NCBI GenBank assembly: GCA_965223295.1
Contig: CBDCWC010000003.1
Coordinates: forward strand, 768,001 to 832,000
Length of the DNA stretch: 64,000 nt
Direction: 5' to 3'
From: Nitrospirales bacterium
GTDB lineage: Bacteria > Nitrospirota > Nitrospiria > Nitrospirales > UBA8639
The position numbers and the translations under genes are program-made. Of the stretch, positions 48,258 through 58,925 are shown one piece after another (positions within the stretch are counted from its first letter, which is position 1; the number at the start of each line of letters is the position of its first letter). The notes under the pieces are model-generated. The model searched no databases. It was given only the letters and a program-made list of their open reading frames with translations, and had not been told where the DNA came from.

Positions 48258-48379
48258 CAGGATATTCAAAATGTTCATCCAACAAGGCCGCAGACCATTC
48301 GGTGAGCGGAGCATACAGATAAGTACGTGAGCACAACGAATGGGTGAGAACGCAGTTGGTGGCCATTTTCAATATCCTG
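48258..48379 (+). mobile_element. Family B core element (122 bp) between iscS and iscU
   Basis: Ends CAGGATATTCAAAAT / ATTTTCAATATCCTG; internal CAAGGCCGCAG, GTACGTGAGCAC and GAGAACGC. Confidence 0.75.
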
Positions 48380-48381
48380 CT

Positions 48382-49596
48382 TCAATGGGCTGCCCATTGA
48401 ACAGTCTTCAAATCTATCCCCTCTTTCGCCATTTCATACAATGGAGACATCTCTCGAAGATGGGTGACGGCTTTCAACATCCGATCAATCGTATATTCAA
48501 TTTCTTCCTCTGTTGTAAACCGGCCAAGCCCAAATCGAATGGAGGAATGGGCTAAATCCGATCCCACGCCTAAGGCCCGCAAGACATAGGAGGGCTCGAG
48601 CGTCGCGGACGTACAAGCCGAGCCTGAAGACAGGGCAATTTCCTTCACACCCATCAACAACGCCTCTCCTTCCACATAGGCAAAACTAATATTCAAATTA
48701 CCTGGTAAACGTTCTGTGGGGTGACCATTTAAATAGACTTCGTCCATGGCTCCCATGATACCTTCTTGCAAACGATCGCGAAGTTTCGCCTGACGAATAG
48801 CTTCAGCAGCCATCTCCTGCTCGCATAATTCACAAGCTTTTCCAAATCCGACGATTAAGGGTACAGGCAACGTCCCGGAACGCATGCCACGTTCATGGCC
48901 ACCACCATAGATCATTGGCTCTAAGCGGACACGAGGGGCTCGCCGACGAACATACAGAGCCCCAACTCCCTTCGGACCATAAATTTTGTGGGCAGAGAAT
49001 GACATGAGATCAATGCCCATTTCCTGAACATTGACTGGAATTTTTCCAACTCCTTGCGTAGCATCACAATGAAAAATAATGCTCGTTTCTTTGGCAATTT
49101 TCCCAATTTCGGCGATGGGGTTAATGGTCCCAATTTCATTGTTGGCCAACATGACAGAAATTAAAATCGTTTTATCTGTAATGGCATTGCGCACATCATC
49201 AGGACTGACCCTTCCTTGTTTGTCCACGGGGAGAAAGGTCACAGAGACGCCCTTCTTTTCCAGGTATTTCGCCGTATCAATGACTGCACGATGCTCCGTC
49301 GAACTGGTGATAATATGGTCACCCTTTTCTCGATACATCGAAACAATACCTTGCAGCGCCAAATTATCGGACTCCGTGGCTCCACTGGTAAAAATAATTT
49401 CCTTGGCATCCGCGCCAATTAAATGCGCAATCTGTTTTCGCGCCTGCTCAACGCCTTCTTCGACTTCCCAGCCGAAACTATGATTCCGACTGGCCGCATT
49501 GCCAAATTTTTCGGTGAAATACGGAAGCATCGCTTCGACCACTCGCGGATCACACGGGGTGGTTGAATGATTATCTAAATATATGGGCAACTTCAT
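48382..49596 (-). CDS. iscS: Cysteine desulfurase IscS
   Basis: [18 protein letters not shown] and [10 protein letters not shown] motifs. Confidence 0.96.
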   Translation of the reverse strand: MKLPIYLDNHSTTPCDPRVVEAMLPYFTEKFGNAASRNHSFGWEVEEGVEQARKQIAHLIGADAKEIIFTSGATESDNLALQGIVSMYREKGDHIITSSTEHRAVIDTAKYLEKKGVSVTFLPVDKQGRVSPDDVRNAITDKTILISVMLANNEIGTINPIAEIGKIAKETSIIFHCDATQGVGKIPVNVQEMGIDLMSFSAHKIYGPKGVGALYVRRRAPRVRLEPMIYGGGHERGMRSGTLPVPLIVGFGKACELCEQEMAAEAIRQAKLRDRLQEGIMGAMDEVYLNGHPTERLPGNLNISFAYVEGEALLMGVKEIALSSGSACTSATLEPSYVLRALGVGSDLAHSSIRFGLGRFTTEEEIEYTIDRMLKAVTHLREMSPLYEMAKEGIDLKTVQWAAH

Positions 49597-50075
49597 AATT
49601 GAACTCCTTCTTTTTTACGAGATTCCACAATGATTAAGGGAGGCTCTTCCATCATATCTTCAATAGACATGCTACTGAGTAAATGTACAATACTTTCTTG
49701 AACTTTGAGGAGTGGTGTGCGGATATTGCAATGATCCATTTGTTCACAAGCGGCATGATCATCTTTTTCGTGATAACAATCCGCAATACCTAACGGGCCT
49801 TCGATAGCTTCCAACACTTGGGCAATGGAAATATCCCGTGGCTCACGAGCCAAGACATAGCCTCCCTTAGGACCGTTTTGACTTTCAATCATGTCATGTT
49901 TGGCCAAGGTTTGAAGCACTTTGGCTAAGAGTTCTAAAGGAATATGATGCTCCTCAGCAATTTCCTTCGTGTTCACAATCCGAAATTCAGAATAGGCCTG
50001 TTCTCCATATTGCACGGTGGCCATATATTGGAGAGCCATCAGGGCATAGTCTGCTTTTTTGGAAAGTTTCAACAT
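49593..50075 (-). CDS. iscR: Rrf2-family regulator (IscR-like)
   Basis: GPKGGY.LA, EAIEG and three Cys; heads the isc operon. Confidence 0.85.
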   Translation of the reverse strand: MLKLSKKADYALMALQYMATVQYGEQAYSEFRIVNTKEIAEEHHIPLELLAKVLQTLAKHDMIESQNGPKGGYVLAREPRDISIAQVLEAIEGPLGIADCYHEKDDHAACEQMDHCNIRTPLLKVQESIVHLLSSMSIEDMMEEPPLIIVESRKKEGVQL

Positions 50076-50122
50076 AACTTTACGAGCGGTTCTCTATAAT
50101 TCAGAAATTTTCTAAATTCTTC

Positions 50123-50196
50123 AATCCCGACTTATATGATCGTATTTAAGATATCATTGACCTCACAACGCAGTCAAGACTAAAATGGTCGGAGAT
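50123..50196. promoter_or_regulatory. Divergent promoters with two Rrf2/IscR-type boxes
   Basis: AATCCCGACTTATATGATCGTATTT and AGTCAAGACTAAAATGGTCGGAGAT; TTGACC-18-TAAAAT on + and TTGACT on -. Confidence 0.6.
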
Positions 50197-50289
50197 TGAA
50201 TTAGTCGGATTCTCAATGAGATGACTAAAGCTTAACTGAGATCAACTGATAGCAAATCCACTTAATATATTGTTTTAAAGGAGAAAATA

Positions 50290-50703
50290 ATGGGGGGGAG
50301 CAATCCATATATTGAAAAAAGTCAGACGACAATTGCGGAGAAACGGTTCAAAGTTACTTTTATGACTCCTGAAGGTCCCACCGAAATTCAGGTCGATCCA
50401 GATACGCTGCCCTTAGGGGAAACTGGCTTGGAGGGAAGCATACTGGACATCGCGTTGGGCAATGGCATTGATGTGGAACATGCTTGCGGCGGGGTCTGCG
50501 CTTGCTCGACATGCCATATCATTGTGAAAGAAGGTTTGGATACCTGCAACGAACCCACCGATGACGAAAATGATCAACTCGATGAAGCTCCAGGCTTAAG
50601 TCTGAAATCTCGGCTCGCCTGCCAATGCGTACCGAACGGCGAAAAAGACCTGATTATTGAAGTCCCCGAATGGAACAAAAATCTCGTCAAAGAAAGCCAC
50701 TAA
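50290..50703 (+). CDS. fdx: ISC-type [2Fe-2S] ferredoxin
   Basis: EHACGGVCACSTCH and SRLACQ motifs. Confidence 0.92.
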   Translation: MGGSNPYIEKSQTTIAEKRFKVTFMTPEGPTEIQVDPDTLPLGETGLEGSILDIALGNGIDVEHACGGVCACSTCHIIVKEGLDTCNEPTDDENDQLDEAPGLSLKSRLACQCVPNGEKDLIIEVPEWNKNLVKESH

Positions 50704-51021
50704 GACCAGTTTCTTACCCGCAACAAGTCCTCTCTTAAAAGCCTGAGATAGTCGGGCCAAAAGCTTTGTTCTACGACACAACACCATTACAAGATGTCTG
50801 TGGAAATTGCATTTGGCCCAATTTCCTTTACTGAGTTTTCCACTCTAACCTGCTTTCCCTCTCAAACCAACAACCATGTCAGTAAGATTGTTGCCTTTTG
50901 GTCAAAAATGATAGGCAGTTTTTTCACTACCAAAATTTTGGGGCTCTTTTGATACAAGGGTGTATCTGTTTATCACAGAAAATAGGAATGATGAACGAGG
51001 TCATATCTAAAAAATTATTTG

Positions 51022-51067
51022 TTATCAATAAGATATGGACAAATAATTATATGGCTTAACTTTTGCT
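51022..51067 (+). promoter_or_regulatory. Putative sigma54 promoter with an IHF-like site
   Basis: TGGCTTAACTTTTGCT (GG-N10-GC); TATCAATAAGATA upstream. Confidence 0.6.
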
Positions 51068-51137
51068 TAATTATCACATTTCGTAATTGCTTTCGTTGAA
51101 AAGCCAACTAAGTCAGGCCTCTGAAATGCGAGTCTCT

Positions 51138-51377
51138 ATGATTCTGATTTGTGCATGGTGCCAGCAAGAAGATAAACGTGAAATATTGGCTCCAGAAAAC
51201 GGGTGTGCCTCAGAACAACAGTCACACGGAATCTGTGAGCCTCATGCCGCGCTCCTCCGCCAGACGTATCAACCCGCAACTGGTCATCGCCTCTTAAGGT
51301 TGTCCATTCGTCAAAAATTCCTTCTCTCCTCCCTACGGTCAATCAAGTCATTTATGAACGCAGCGAATCTTTTTTGA
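51138..51377 (+). CDS. Small Cys/His putative metal-binding protein
   Basis: ICAWC...SHGICEPH; start codon uncertain (51126 or 51138). Confidence 0.6.
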   Translation: MILICAWCQQEDKREILAPENGCASEQQSHGICEPHAALLRQTYQPATGHRLLRLSIRQKFLLSSLRSIKSFMNAANLF

Positions 51378-51445
51378 GAATTCACCTGAGTTCAGGTGTT
51401 GAGAATTTTATGCAAGAAAGACATTCCCCACACGCAAAGCTTCCA

Positions 51446-51522
51446 TGGGTCTGTTGAAAAAAGCCGCGAACAGCTTCCTGAAGAAATATGGCCCTTGATC
51501 TCTTCATTATTCAACACTCTCT
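51446..51522. mobile_element. Short MITE, family B
   Basis: TGGGTCTGTTGAAAAA ... GAAATATGGCCCTTGAT..TTCATTATTCAACAC. Confidence 0.7.
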
Positions 51523-51717
51523 CTATCAAAGGAATCGTAACAAACCGTACCCATAGTCTTTTGCGGGGCCACCGGCTATGTAAACGTGACGGATATCTAC
51601 AGAATCATCCTTCGTTCCTTTTTATTGCCCCATCCAAATTTTTCTGGTACCTTGTGAAAGAATTGCTCACCACAGCACGCACCATCTTTTCTCGACTTTA
51701 CCTAACAGGACTCACTT

Positions 51718-52740
51718 ATGGCATGGGAACCTAAAGATCCGTGGGGCGGCAGCGGGCAAGATCCACTTGATGAGGCGTTGCGCAAAGCCCAAGATCAAAT
51801 CAAAAATCTCGTTCCAGGAAAAGGTTTTAAATCTGTTGTCTATATCGTGATTGCCGTTCTAGCCCTTTGGCAATCGGTCTTTATCGTTGCCCCGGACGAA
51901 CAAGGACTCGTGAAACGATTTGGGGACATTGTCCGAGTTGTCGAACCCGGCCCTCACTTTAAAATTCCTTTTGCCGAAACGGTTGACACCCCGAAAGTTG
52001 AAAAACTGCATCGAGTGGAAGTCGGATTCCGAACCGATCGAGGCCGCACAAGATTTGTGCCACGCGAGGCACTGATGCTGACAGGAGATATGAATATTAT
52101 CTCTCTCGAATTTATTGTCCAATATAAAATTAATGAAGCAAAAAACTATCTCTATCAAGTCGCGAATGTAGAAAACACGATTCATAATGCCGCTGAAGCC
52201 GCCATGCGGGAAGTCATCGGCAAAAGTAAAATCGACGAGGCCTTGACAGTCGGAAAAGCCGAGATTCAGCAAAATGCCCAGATCTTGCTTCAGGGCATCC
52301 TTGATCAATACAAAGCTGGCGTGCAAATCCAGACAATTCAGTTACAAGATGTGAATCCTCCAGAAGCCGTGGCTGCTGCGTTTAAAGATGTCGCCAGCGC
52401 CAAAGAAGATCGGGAAAAACTCATTAATCAAGCGCATGGGTTCCGCAACGATCTTATTCCCAGGGCCAAAGGGGAAGCGGCTCAGGCCATCAATCAAGCC
52501 AAAGCCTATGCCCAATCCCGCATTAACCGTTCAGAGGGGGAAGCCAATCACTTCCTGCAAACCTTAAAAGAATACAAACAAGGAAAAGACGTGATTAGTA
52601 AACGCGTATATATTGAAACGATGGAAAAAGTCCTCTCTAAAACCGAAAAAATTATTCTGGATACCAATGCGGCAAAAAGCATATTGCCCTACCTTCCCTT
52701 AGACCGGCTCGGGAAATCCCGTGGAGGGAGCGCACAATGA
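51718..52740 (+). CDS. hflK: FtsH modulator HflK
   Basis: MAWE...DPWG, MLTGD.NI, LQDVNPP..V.AAF.DV and LPYLPL motifs. Confidence 0.93.
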   Translation: MAWEPKDPWGGSGQDPLDEALRKAQDQIKNLVPGKGFKSVVYIVIAVLALWQSVFIVAPDEQGLVKRFGDIVRVVEPGPHFKIPFAETVDTPKVEKLHRVEVGFRTDRGRTRFVPREALMLTGDMNIISLEFIVQYKINEAKNYLYQVANVENTIHNAAEAAMREVIGKSKIDEALTVGKAEIQQNAQILLQGILDQYKAGVQIQTIQLQDVNPPEAVAAAFKDVASAKEDREKLINQAHGFRNDLIPRAKGEAAQAINQAKAYAQSRINRSEGEANHFLQTLKEYKQGKDVISKRVYIETMEKVLSKTEKIILDTNAAKSILPYLPLDRLGKSRGGSAQ

Positions 52741-53594
52741 AAAGCAATCTCATCTTTGGAATTATTTTCGTGTTAGGGCTTCTGATTACGTTGGGGCTTT
52801 CCCCTTTTTTCATCGTGGATTTAACAGAATCAGCCATCGTCGTGGCCTTAGGTAAACCCGTTCGGACGATCACCGAGCCGGGCCTCAAGTTCAAAATCCC
52901 CTTCTACCATCAAGTCACATTCTTTGATAAACGGTATTTGGATTATGACGCCCCTGCCAGAGATGTTATTACCAGTGACAAGAAATCTATGGTCATCGAC
53001 AATTTCGCCAAATGGCGAATTGTGGATCCTCTGAAAGTCTATCAGGCCTTTCAAACGCAACGCGGCGCCCTTCAACGGTTAGACGATATTGTCTATTCAG
53101 AACTTCGAGTGGAACTGGGACGGCATGAATTGGCGGAAATTGTCTCAGCGAACAGGGCATTAATCATGAAACTCGTTTCTGACCGTTCTAATGAGAAGGC
53201 TTCTGCTTATGGGTTAGAGGTCTTAGACGTGCGCATTAAACGCGCGGACCTTCCGGAACAAAATGAAAAAGCCATTTTTGCCCGGATGCAGGCGGAACGG
53301 GAACGGCAAGCGAAACAATACCGGGCAGAAGGTGAAGAGGAAGCTCAGAAAATTCGCTCTGAAGCTGAAAAAGACAAAGAGATTATTTTGGCGGAAGCTT
53401 ATAAAACCTCTCAAGAACTTCGAGGGGAAGGGGAAGCAAAAGCGTATAAAATCTATGCCGGGGCATACAAGCAAGATCCGCAGTTTTTTGAATTTGTGCG
53501 ATCCATGGAAGCTTATCGAAAAACCTTCACTAGCGATACGACGATGGTCCTCACCCCAGACTCAGAATTTCTCAAATTCCTCAAGAAACGATAG
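52737..53594 (+). CDS. hflC: FtsH modulator HflC
   Basis: DKK.MVIDNFAKWRI.DP, DVRIKRADLP, RMQAER and FF.F.RSMEAY motifs. Confidence 0.94.
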   Translation: MKSNLIFGIIFVLGLLITLGLSPFFIVDLTESAIVVALGKPVRTITEPGLKFKIPFYHQVTFFDKRYLDYDAPARDVITSDKKSMVIDNFAKWRIVDPLKVYQAFQTQRGALQRLDDIVYSELRVELGRHELAEIVSANRALIMKLVSDRSNEKASAYGLEVLDVRIKRADLPEQNEKAIFARMQAERERQAKQYRAEGEEEAQKIRSEAEKDKEIILAEAYKTSQELRGEGEAKAYKIYAGAYKQDPQFFEFVRSMEAYRKTFTSDTTMVLTPDSEFLKFLKKR

Positions 53595-53649
53595 ACGAAA
53601 ATCTTCGTCCTCTTTTGATCCATCCTTGTCGTTCACCGTTTATTAGCGC

Positions 53650-54309
53650 ATGGCGAACCCAGAACATGTTCAGCTATTGATCGACGGAGGCGTTGCCGAA
53701 TGGAATAAATTTCGTCGTAACTCTCAATCACCACAGCCAGACCTGAGTGGAGCTGATCTTTCTGGTTATGACTTTACAGGCCTTGATCTAAGCCATGCCA
53801 ATCTAGAGGGAACCGACCTCTCCGATGCCTATCTCTTTCGCGCCAATCTCACGGAAGCCAACCTGACGAAAGCGAACCTCACAGAAGCCGATATATTGGA
53901 AGCCAATTTCATCAAAGCCAATCTTTCTCATGCCATCATGGTGCACGTGGATCTCTCCGCTACAGGCTTAATTGCCTGTAACCTCGAAGATGCCAATCTT
54001 GAAAAATCTAATCTCACACGCGCTTCGCTTCCATGGGCCAATCTCACCGAAGCCAATCTTTCACAAACCAACCTGCATCTGACCGATTTACGTGAGGCGA
54101 AGTTAACTCGAGCCAACCTCCACACTGCCTCTCTTCAAGATACGTCTATCACCGGAGCCATTCTCGAAGAAGCCAACCTTCTTGGCGTAACCAACGTGTC
54201 CATTGATCTCCTCGCCAAAGCCAAGACCTTCTACCACGCCCAACTCGATCAGGACCTCAAAGGCCAACTTCTCCAGAACCACCCCCACCTCTTTGAACAA
54301 CCCAATTAG
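53650..54309 (+). CDS. Pentapeptide repeat protein
   Basis: A(N/D)Lxx repeats; MANPEH...GVAEWN..R N-terminus. Confidence 0.9.
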   Translation: MANPEHVQLLIDGGVAEWNKFRRNSQSPQPDLSGADLSGYDFTGLDLSHANLEGTDLSDAYLFRANLTEANLTKANLTEADILEANFIKANLSHAIMVHVDLSATGLIACNLEDANLEKSNLTRASLPWANLTEANLSQTNLHLTDLREAKLTRANLHTASLQDTSITGAILEEANLLGVTNVSIDLLAKAKTFYHAQLDQDLKGQLLQNHPHLFEQPN

Positions 54310-54371
54310 TACGTCTGTTAGTGAGTATATGTTCCTTGGCTTTCCAGTAGTTAATTGTGTAATAGGCCTTA

Positions 54372-54442
54372 TGGGTCTGTTGATCGTCAACGACTTCCTG
54401 GCGAAATATGGCCTTTGATATCTTCATGATTCAACACTCCCC
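54372..54442. mobile_element. Short (71 bp) MITE, family B
   Basis: TGGGTCTGTTGA ... TCAACACTCCCC with TTA on both flanks. Confidence 0.75.
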
Positions 54443-54679
54443 TTATCTTATTTTCAGACCGATCTACACCTAGTCTGCTCCCTCGTTAAAAACCTGAGCT
54501 GCAACACGAGAGCCTTTGACTATTCGTTCCATTGTCAAACTCGATTAGTCCTCATCCCACCTACAATTGATAAAAGACGGGTTCCCCCTAGAAAAATATG
54601 AATAGACCTGCTATGTAATTCTTATTACATTCGAAGCTTTATCAATTTTGTCTCATTCCTTGCAGCAAGACCTCAGTCG

Positions 54680-56467
54680 ATGCGGATCAGCCCTTACCCT
54701 CCAACCTCTACCCAACGACTCTTTTTTCTAGGAGGATTTAGGTTCGGAGTCCAGACCTTTTTTCTCGTCTCGTTGACTTATCTTCTTGGATGGGGAGAGC
54801 CCCGTCTTCTCTTTGCTCAGCTTCCCCCAGTTATTGATCCAACTGGGCGTTCAGGGGAACCTCCAACTCTGGAAGACCAAAAACCCGAACTTACGCCGCC
54901 GACCGAATTCATCTTGCCTCCTGTTGAGACACTTCCCGAACTACAACCAGACCGAGTGCCACAGCTTCGAACCATGATCCGGACCATCCGTGTGGAGGGC
55001 AGCACGGTTTTTAAACCAGAAGAACTTAGGAAAGTAACAGCCAAGTACGAAAATCAAGAGCTTTCAACCGATGATCTTGAAGCCCTCCGTAAAGAGCTTA
55101 CCCTGTTATATATCAATAACGGGTACGTCAATTCAGGCGCAATTATCCCAGACCAATCCATTCAGAATGGCGAAATCACCTATCAGGTTATTGAAGGCAA
55201 ACTGACAGATATTCAGATTGACGGAACCAACTATTTTCTTCCTTTTTATTTCGAACAGCGCATTGCCCCAAGTACGGGTCCACCTCTCAATATTCGACCT
55301 CTTAAGGAACGTCTACAAATCCTCTTACAGGATCGACGGATACAGCGGTTAAATTCTGAATTAAAACCTGGACTCAAACCTGGAGAAGCTACTTTAGACG
55401 TGCGGGTAGAAGAGTCCTCACCCTTCCGAATCTGGGCGGAATTTAATAACTTTCAATCCCCCACAGTCGGTGCCGAACGCGGATTAGCCACCATTGCGGC
55501 AGATAATCCATTGGCCATTGGAGACCTTTTTCAATTGACCTATGGCCAGTCAAAAGGCGTCGATCCCTTACTGGATGTCAGATATTCCGTCCCATTGACT
55601 CCATGGGATACGACCCTAGAATTGCAATACCGGAAGAACGATTTCAATGTTGTCTCTTCAGCATTTAGACAATTAGACATCGACAGCAATTCCCAGATTT
55701 TCAAAGTGTCGTTGCGGCAGCCGTTGTATCGAACATTGACAGACGAGATTGCCATCTCCATCATCGGCGAACATCTTCAAAATCAGAATTTTATTGGTGG
55801 GACAGGATTCTCGTTTACCCCAGGAACAACAAGTAAAGGCAAGGCCAAAGTTTCAGCAATACGATTTGCTCAAGAATGGATCCATCGGCAACCCAACCAA
55901 GTGCTGGCATTCTTTTCACGATTCAGTGTAGGGATTGATGTGCTGAATGCCACTAATAATAGGATAGCCGAAGATGATCCAGATGCTCATTTTTTCGCCT
56001 GGTTAGGACAAGCCCAATGGGCACAGCGCTTAGATTTACTCGATATGCAACTCATCAGTAATTTGGCCTCCCAAATTGCTAATGACAGCCTTTTCCCTCT
56101 TGAGCAATTTGCCGTGGGCGGTCGCTACAGCGTCCGAGGGTACAGAGAGAACCAGCTTGTACGAGACAATGCCTTTCTCTTTTCCTTAGAATCTCGCATT
56201 CCGGTCCTGCCAGCAATCATCGGACCTCGAGTCAGCGTACATTTTGCCCCGTTCATTGATGTCGGTCGTTCATGGAATGCTCAGATCTCCACCCCAAGTC
56301 CCAAAACATTAGCCAGTATTGGAGCTGGCCTTCGCTTAGGATTCTTTGATCGTGCCTTTGCCAACGTCTATTGGGGTCAACAACTCAATCATGTCAGCGA
56401 GACCCCGCCAGGTGGCAATCTTCAAGACCATGGGGTCCATGTCCAGTTCATCTTAAACATTTTGTAA
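54680..56467 (+). CDS. ShlB/FhaC/HecB (TpsB) outer-membrane transporter
   Basis: POTRA (I.V.GSTVF, LY...GY.NSGA) and GG.YSVRGY motif; beta-barrel C-terminus. Confidence 0.9.
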   Translation: MRISPYPPTSTQRLFFLGGFRFGVQTFFLVSLTYLLGWGEPRLLFAQLPPVIDPTGRSGEPPTLEDQKPELTPPTEFILPPVETLPELQPDRVPQLRTMIRTIRVEGSTVFKPEELRKVTAKYENQELSTDDLEALRKELTLLYINNGYVNSGAIIPDQSIQNGEITYQVIEGKLTDIQIDGTNYFLPFYFEQRIAPSTGPPLNIRPLKERLQILLQDRRIQRLNSELKPGLKPGEATLDVRVEESSPFRIWAEFNNFQSPTVGAERGLATIAADNPLAIGDLFQLTYGQSKGVDPLLDVRYSVPLTPWDTTLELQYRKNDFNVVSSAFRQLDIDSNSQIFKVSLRQPLYRTLTDEIAISIIGEHLQNQNFIGGTGFSFTPGTTSKGKAKVSAIRFAQEWIHRQPNQVLAFFSRFSVGIDVLNATNNRIAEDDPDAHFFAWLGQAQWAQRLDLLDMQLISNLASQIANDSLFPLEQFAVGGRYSVRGYRENQLVRDNAFLFSLESRIPVLPAIIGPRVSVHFAPFIDVGRSWNAQISTPSPKTLASIGAGLRLGFFDRAFANVYWGQQLNHVSETPPGGNLQDHGVHVQFILNIL

Positions 56468-56556
56468 CACGAAACCCGCATACTCCTTCCTCGACATCCT
56501 ACAAAAGAAGACAGAGAAGAGTCTCGGTGTTACGGACTCTCTGAAACTCATCATTA

Positions 56557-56747
56557 GGGGATTGTTGAATAATTCAATTTCAAATCCCGAAGATGCTCTC
56601 AGAGGGTAAGCGCCTTCAATCCGACGGGCCTGTTCAAAACAGTCCGTCCGGCAAGGCCGCAGCCCTTTTTGCGCGCGGAGCGTACACCCCCTACGTGAGC
56701 ACGAAAAAATGGCGAGAACGCCGCTGGCGGCTTTTTCAACAGGTCCA
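56557..56747 (+). mobile_element. 191-bp MITE, family B, with an alternative left module
   Basis: GGGGATTGTTGAATAA ... TTTTTCAACAGGTCCA with TTA on both flanks; the right TTA is the stop codon of the OmpA ORF. Confidence 0.8.
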
Positions 56748-57470
56748 TTAAAAAGATGAAGAAGGCGAGGCTACCTGAATGCGTTGCCCCTTAGAGAGAA
56801 ATTTGGTGAACTCAAGCGCCGGAGTCAGATCCTGATCGGCAATCAGTCGTAAACGAGCGAGACATCCTCGTTGCGTCTGTCGGATAGCCAAATTCGAAAA
56901 AACATGCCGTGCGCGGAGATTATCTTCCTGACACGCTTCGCTTCCTATTCGACAGATAAGCGGATCTTGGCCATAATTCAGGATAGACATTTGCTGGGGC
57001 TGAATCCCTAACAGCAGCAAATACTGAGAAAGGGTCATGAGATGAAAGTTCGCCCTTGCCAGATTATAGGCTGAGGTGCCGCGGGGATCGCAATGTCCTT
57101 CGACCCGCAATTGCCATTCCGGTTCTTGCTGCAAGAATTCGATTGTTTGAAGAAGTAATCCTTTCAATCTGTCATGAATAACTTGTCGATGTTCATCGAA
57201 ATACACATCAGCCAACACTGGCCCATCTAACGCTTTTTGAGGCTGAGCTTGCCTTTCGTTGGCCCCTGGAACACCTGAGGTTTTAAACCTCAGAAGGCTG
57301 AAGGCTTCTTGAAGGTTTTCTAATTGAAGGAGAAAGGAGGAGGCCGGGGTATCACTTGGATGAGAAAGAGAAAGACCTGCGGCTACCACACACTCGCCGC
57401 CGATCAGAGTTAAGCTCAAGAAGCAGCCTAGTGAAACGTTCAACGAAAATCGACGCATCCGAATACACAA
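56748..57470 (-). CDS. OmpA/Pal-like domain protein (divergent)
   Basis: DVYFD, VEGHCDPRGTSAYNL and NYGQ motifs; signal-like N-terminus. Confidence 0.75.
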   Translation of the reverse strand: MCIRMRRFSLNVSLGCFLSLTLIGGECVVAAGLSLSHPSDTPASSFLLQLENLQEAFSLLRFKTSGVPGANERQAQPQKALDGPVLADVYFDEHRQVIHDRLKGLLLQTIEFLQQEPEWQLRVEGHCDPRGTSAYNLARANFHLMTLSQYLLLLGIQPQQMSILNYGQDPLICRIGSEACQEDNLRARHVFSNLAIRQTQRGCLARLRLIADQDLTPALEFTKFLSKGQRIQVASPSSSF

Positions 57471-57702
57471 AGAAAATCGAGTTCAGGGAAGATTCAAAAG
57501 GGTTGAAGGCGCCAAACCGCACATCCACCCTTCTGTAACCCGTATCGGATGGCCATGAAGAAACTTTATGCATGGAAGTCAAAGGGAAAAATTGGAAACA
57601 TGATTGAGTGAATATGGATTCCACTAGGCGCAACTACCGGTCTAGGCCACTGAAGTTGAAAGAGAAAATCAGGAGAGAACAATCGTGGGAGGGAAAAATT
57701 AG

Positions 57703-57743
57703 AAAAAGAAGCCTGTCCCCACTTTTGACTGTGGAGACAGGCT
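57703..57743 (-). terminator. Rho-independent terminator downstream of DUF928
   Basis: Minus strand AGCCTGTCTCCAC..GTGGGGACAGGCT followed by TCTTTTT. Confidence 0.7.
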
Positions 57744-57928
57744 AGGTAACTGAGGGTGCACAGAAAAGAGAGAAATTTCAGATCTATCTGATCTGGAAAT
57801 GCCTGACCAACGACCAGACTACTAGTCGCCGGGACGATTCCATTCTCCGACTTTCACCGCCCGAAAGCTAAAGATTCAGTCCTTCTACGAAAAAGACAAC
57901 TGTTCCTTCTCGCTCCCTCCAGCCACGG

Positions 57929-58756
57929 TTACAATCCACGTTGCCGATCAGTTTGAGCAACAGTATAGAGTTCAACTTGTTCAAGTAAGGTCGCACGAAT
58001 ATCATGCAGCTCCGATCGAGTCGGATTTTCTTGAATGCTCTGAGAAATCGTAGCCATGGCGTCGTACCAAAATCCTGCCTTGGCAAATAGTTTGGTCGCA
58101 TCGAGCGGATTCGCCTGCCTGACGTTTTCAGCCATCCCCTCTGGCAATCGATCCATTTCCAAGGTGCCGCCAGCAACAATATCTTGGGAGCGTTGAGCAG
58201 AATCAGGAATTAACGAGACAAACCATTGATAGGTTTTTCCTGTTTCAAACTTTAGGTCATACTCGGTTAAGGAAAGAATCTGAACGCCTGGTTCTAGAGG
58301 AGACGGCAACGGCACCTCAAGAAGAGGCTCTACTCCATCTCCTTCAACCACCGTAAATTCCAATGGGTACGACGTGGTTTTGGAAAGATACCAGACTAAC
58401 TGGGGCTGTTCTTCAGACGTCATCGCCACATGATCCGGAACGAGCGCATACAGAACAGGCACCTCGGACGGTCCCCGCGTTCCTCCACCGACCCGCCCCC
58501 CTGGCGCACCACGAGACGGCGGCTGATACAACGGCTCCGAAGGTTTTGAAGAAGCTACTGATTGATCATCAACGACTCGTACCAAAGCAAGTCCCTTCGG
58601 GTCTTGCTTCTCTTCAACCGTCTTTTCTGTAGACTGCGCAGATAACTCAGACGATCGCTGAGTTTGATCCTCCTCTCCTAATGCGAAAGTACTCAGCCCA
58701 ACTGTCAGTCCAATCACGGCCATTCCCCAGATTGCGCATAAGATCTTCATGATCAA
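57929..58756 (-). CDS. DUF928 domain exported protein
   Basis: RGAPGGRVGGGTRG, G.TY.W.VS, A.AGFWYDA and R..LL.QV.L motifs; signal peptide. Confidence 0.85.
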   Translation of the reverse strand: MIMKILCAIWGMAVIGLTVGLSTFALGEEDQTQRSSELSAQSTEKTVEEKQDPKGLALVRVVDDQSVASSKPSEPLYQPPSRGAPGGRVGGGTRGPSEVPVLYALVPDHVAMTSEEQPQLVWYLSKTTSYPLEFTVVEGDGVEPLLEVPLPSPLEPGVQILSLTEYDLKFETGKTYQWFVSLIPDSAQRSQDIVAGGTLEMDRLPEGMAENVRQANPLDATKLFAKAGFWYDAMATISQSIQENPTRSELHDIRATLLEQVELYTVAQTDRQRGL

Positions 58757-58845
58757 TTCTCCTTTTTTCCTCTTAGAGAAGCTATGCCTCCTAGAGTAAA
58801 GGTCGATTTGCTGGCCTATAGAGATGAATTCCTCATACTAGCTTA

Positions 58846-58925
58846 ACGCAAACTTTATTCCAAAAAGTAAGATGAAGCTTTATCCTGACAATTTCAAGGA
58901 AACGATATATTTTTCAATGAGTTAA
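58846..58925 (-). promoter_or_regulatory. Putative sigma54 promoter plus IHF-like site for DUF928
   Basis: Minus strand TTGGAATAAAGTTTGC (GG-N10-GC); TTTCAATGAGTTA about 50 bp upstream. Confidence 0.5.

Noticed and set aside
57480-57925. Possible riboswitch (FMN-like GGCGGTGAAAGTC on minus; c-di-GMP-like GGCGCAACTACCGGTCTA on plus)
   Set aside because: Only short fragments match and the other conserved elements are missing; an Rfam/Infernal scan would settle it
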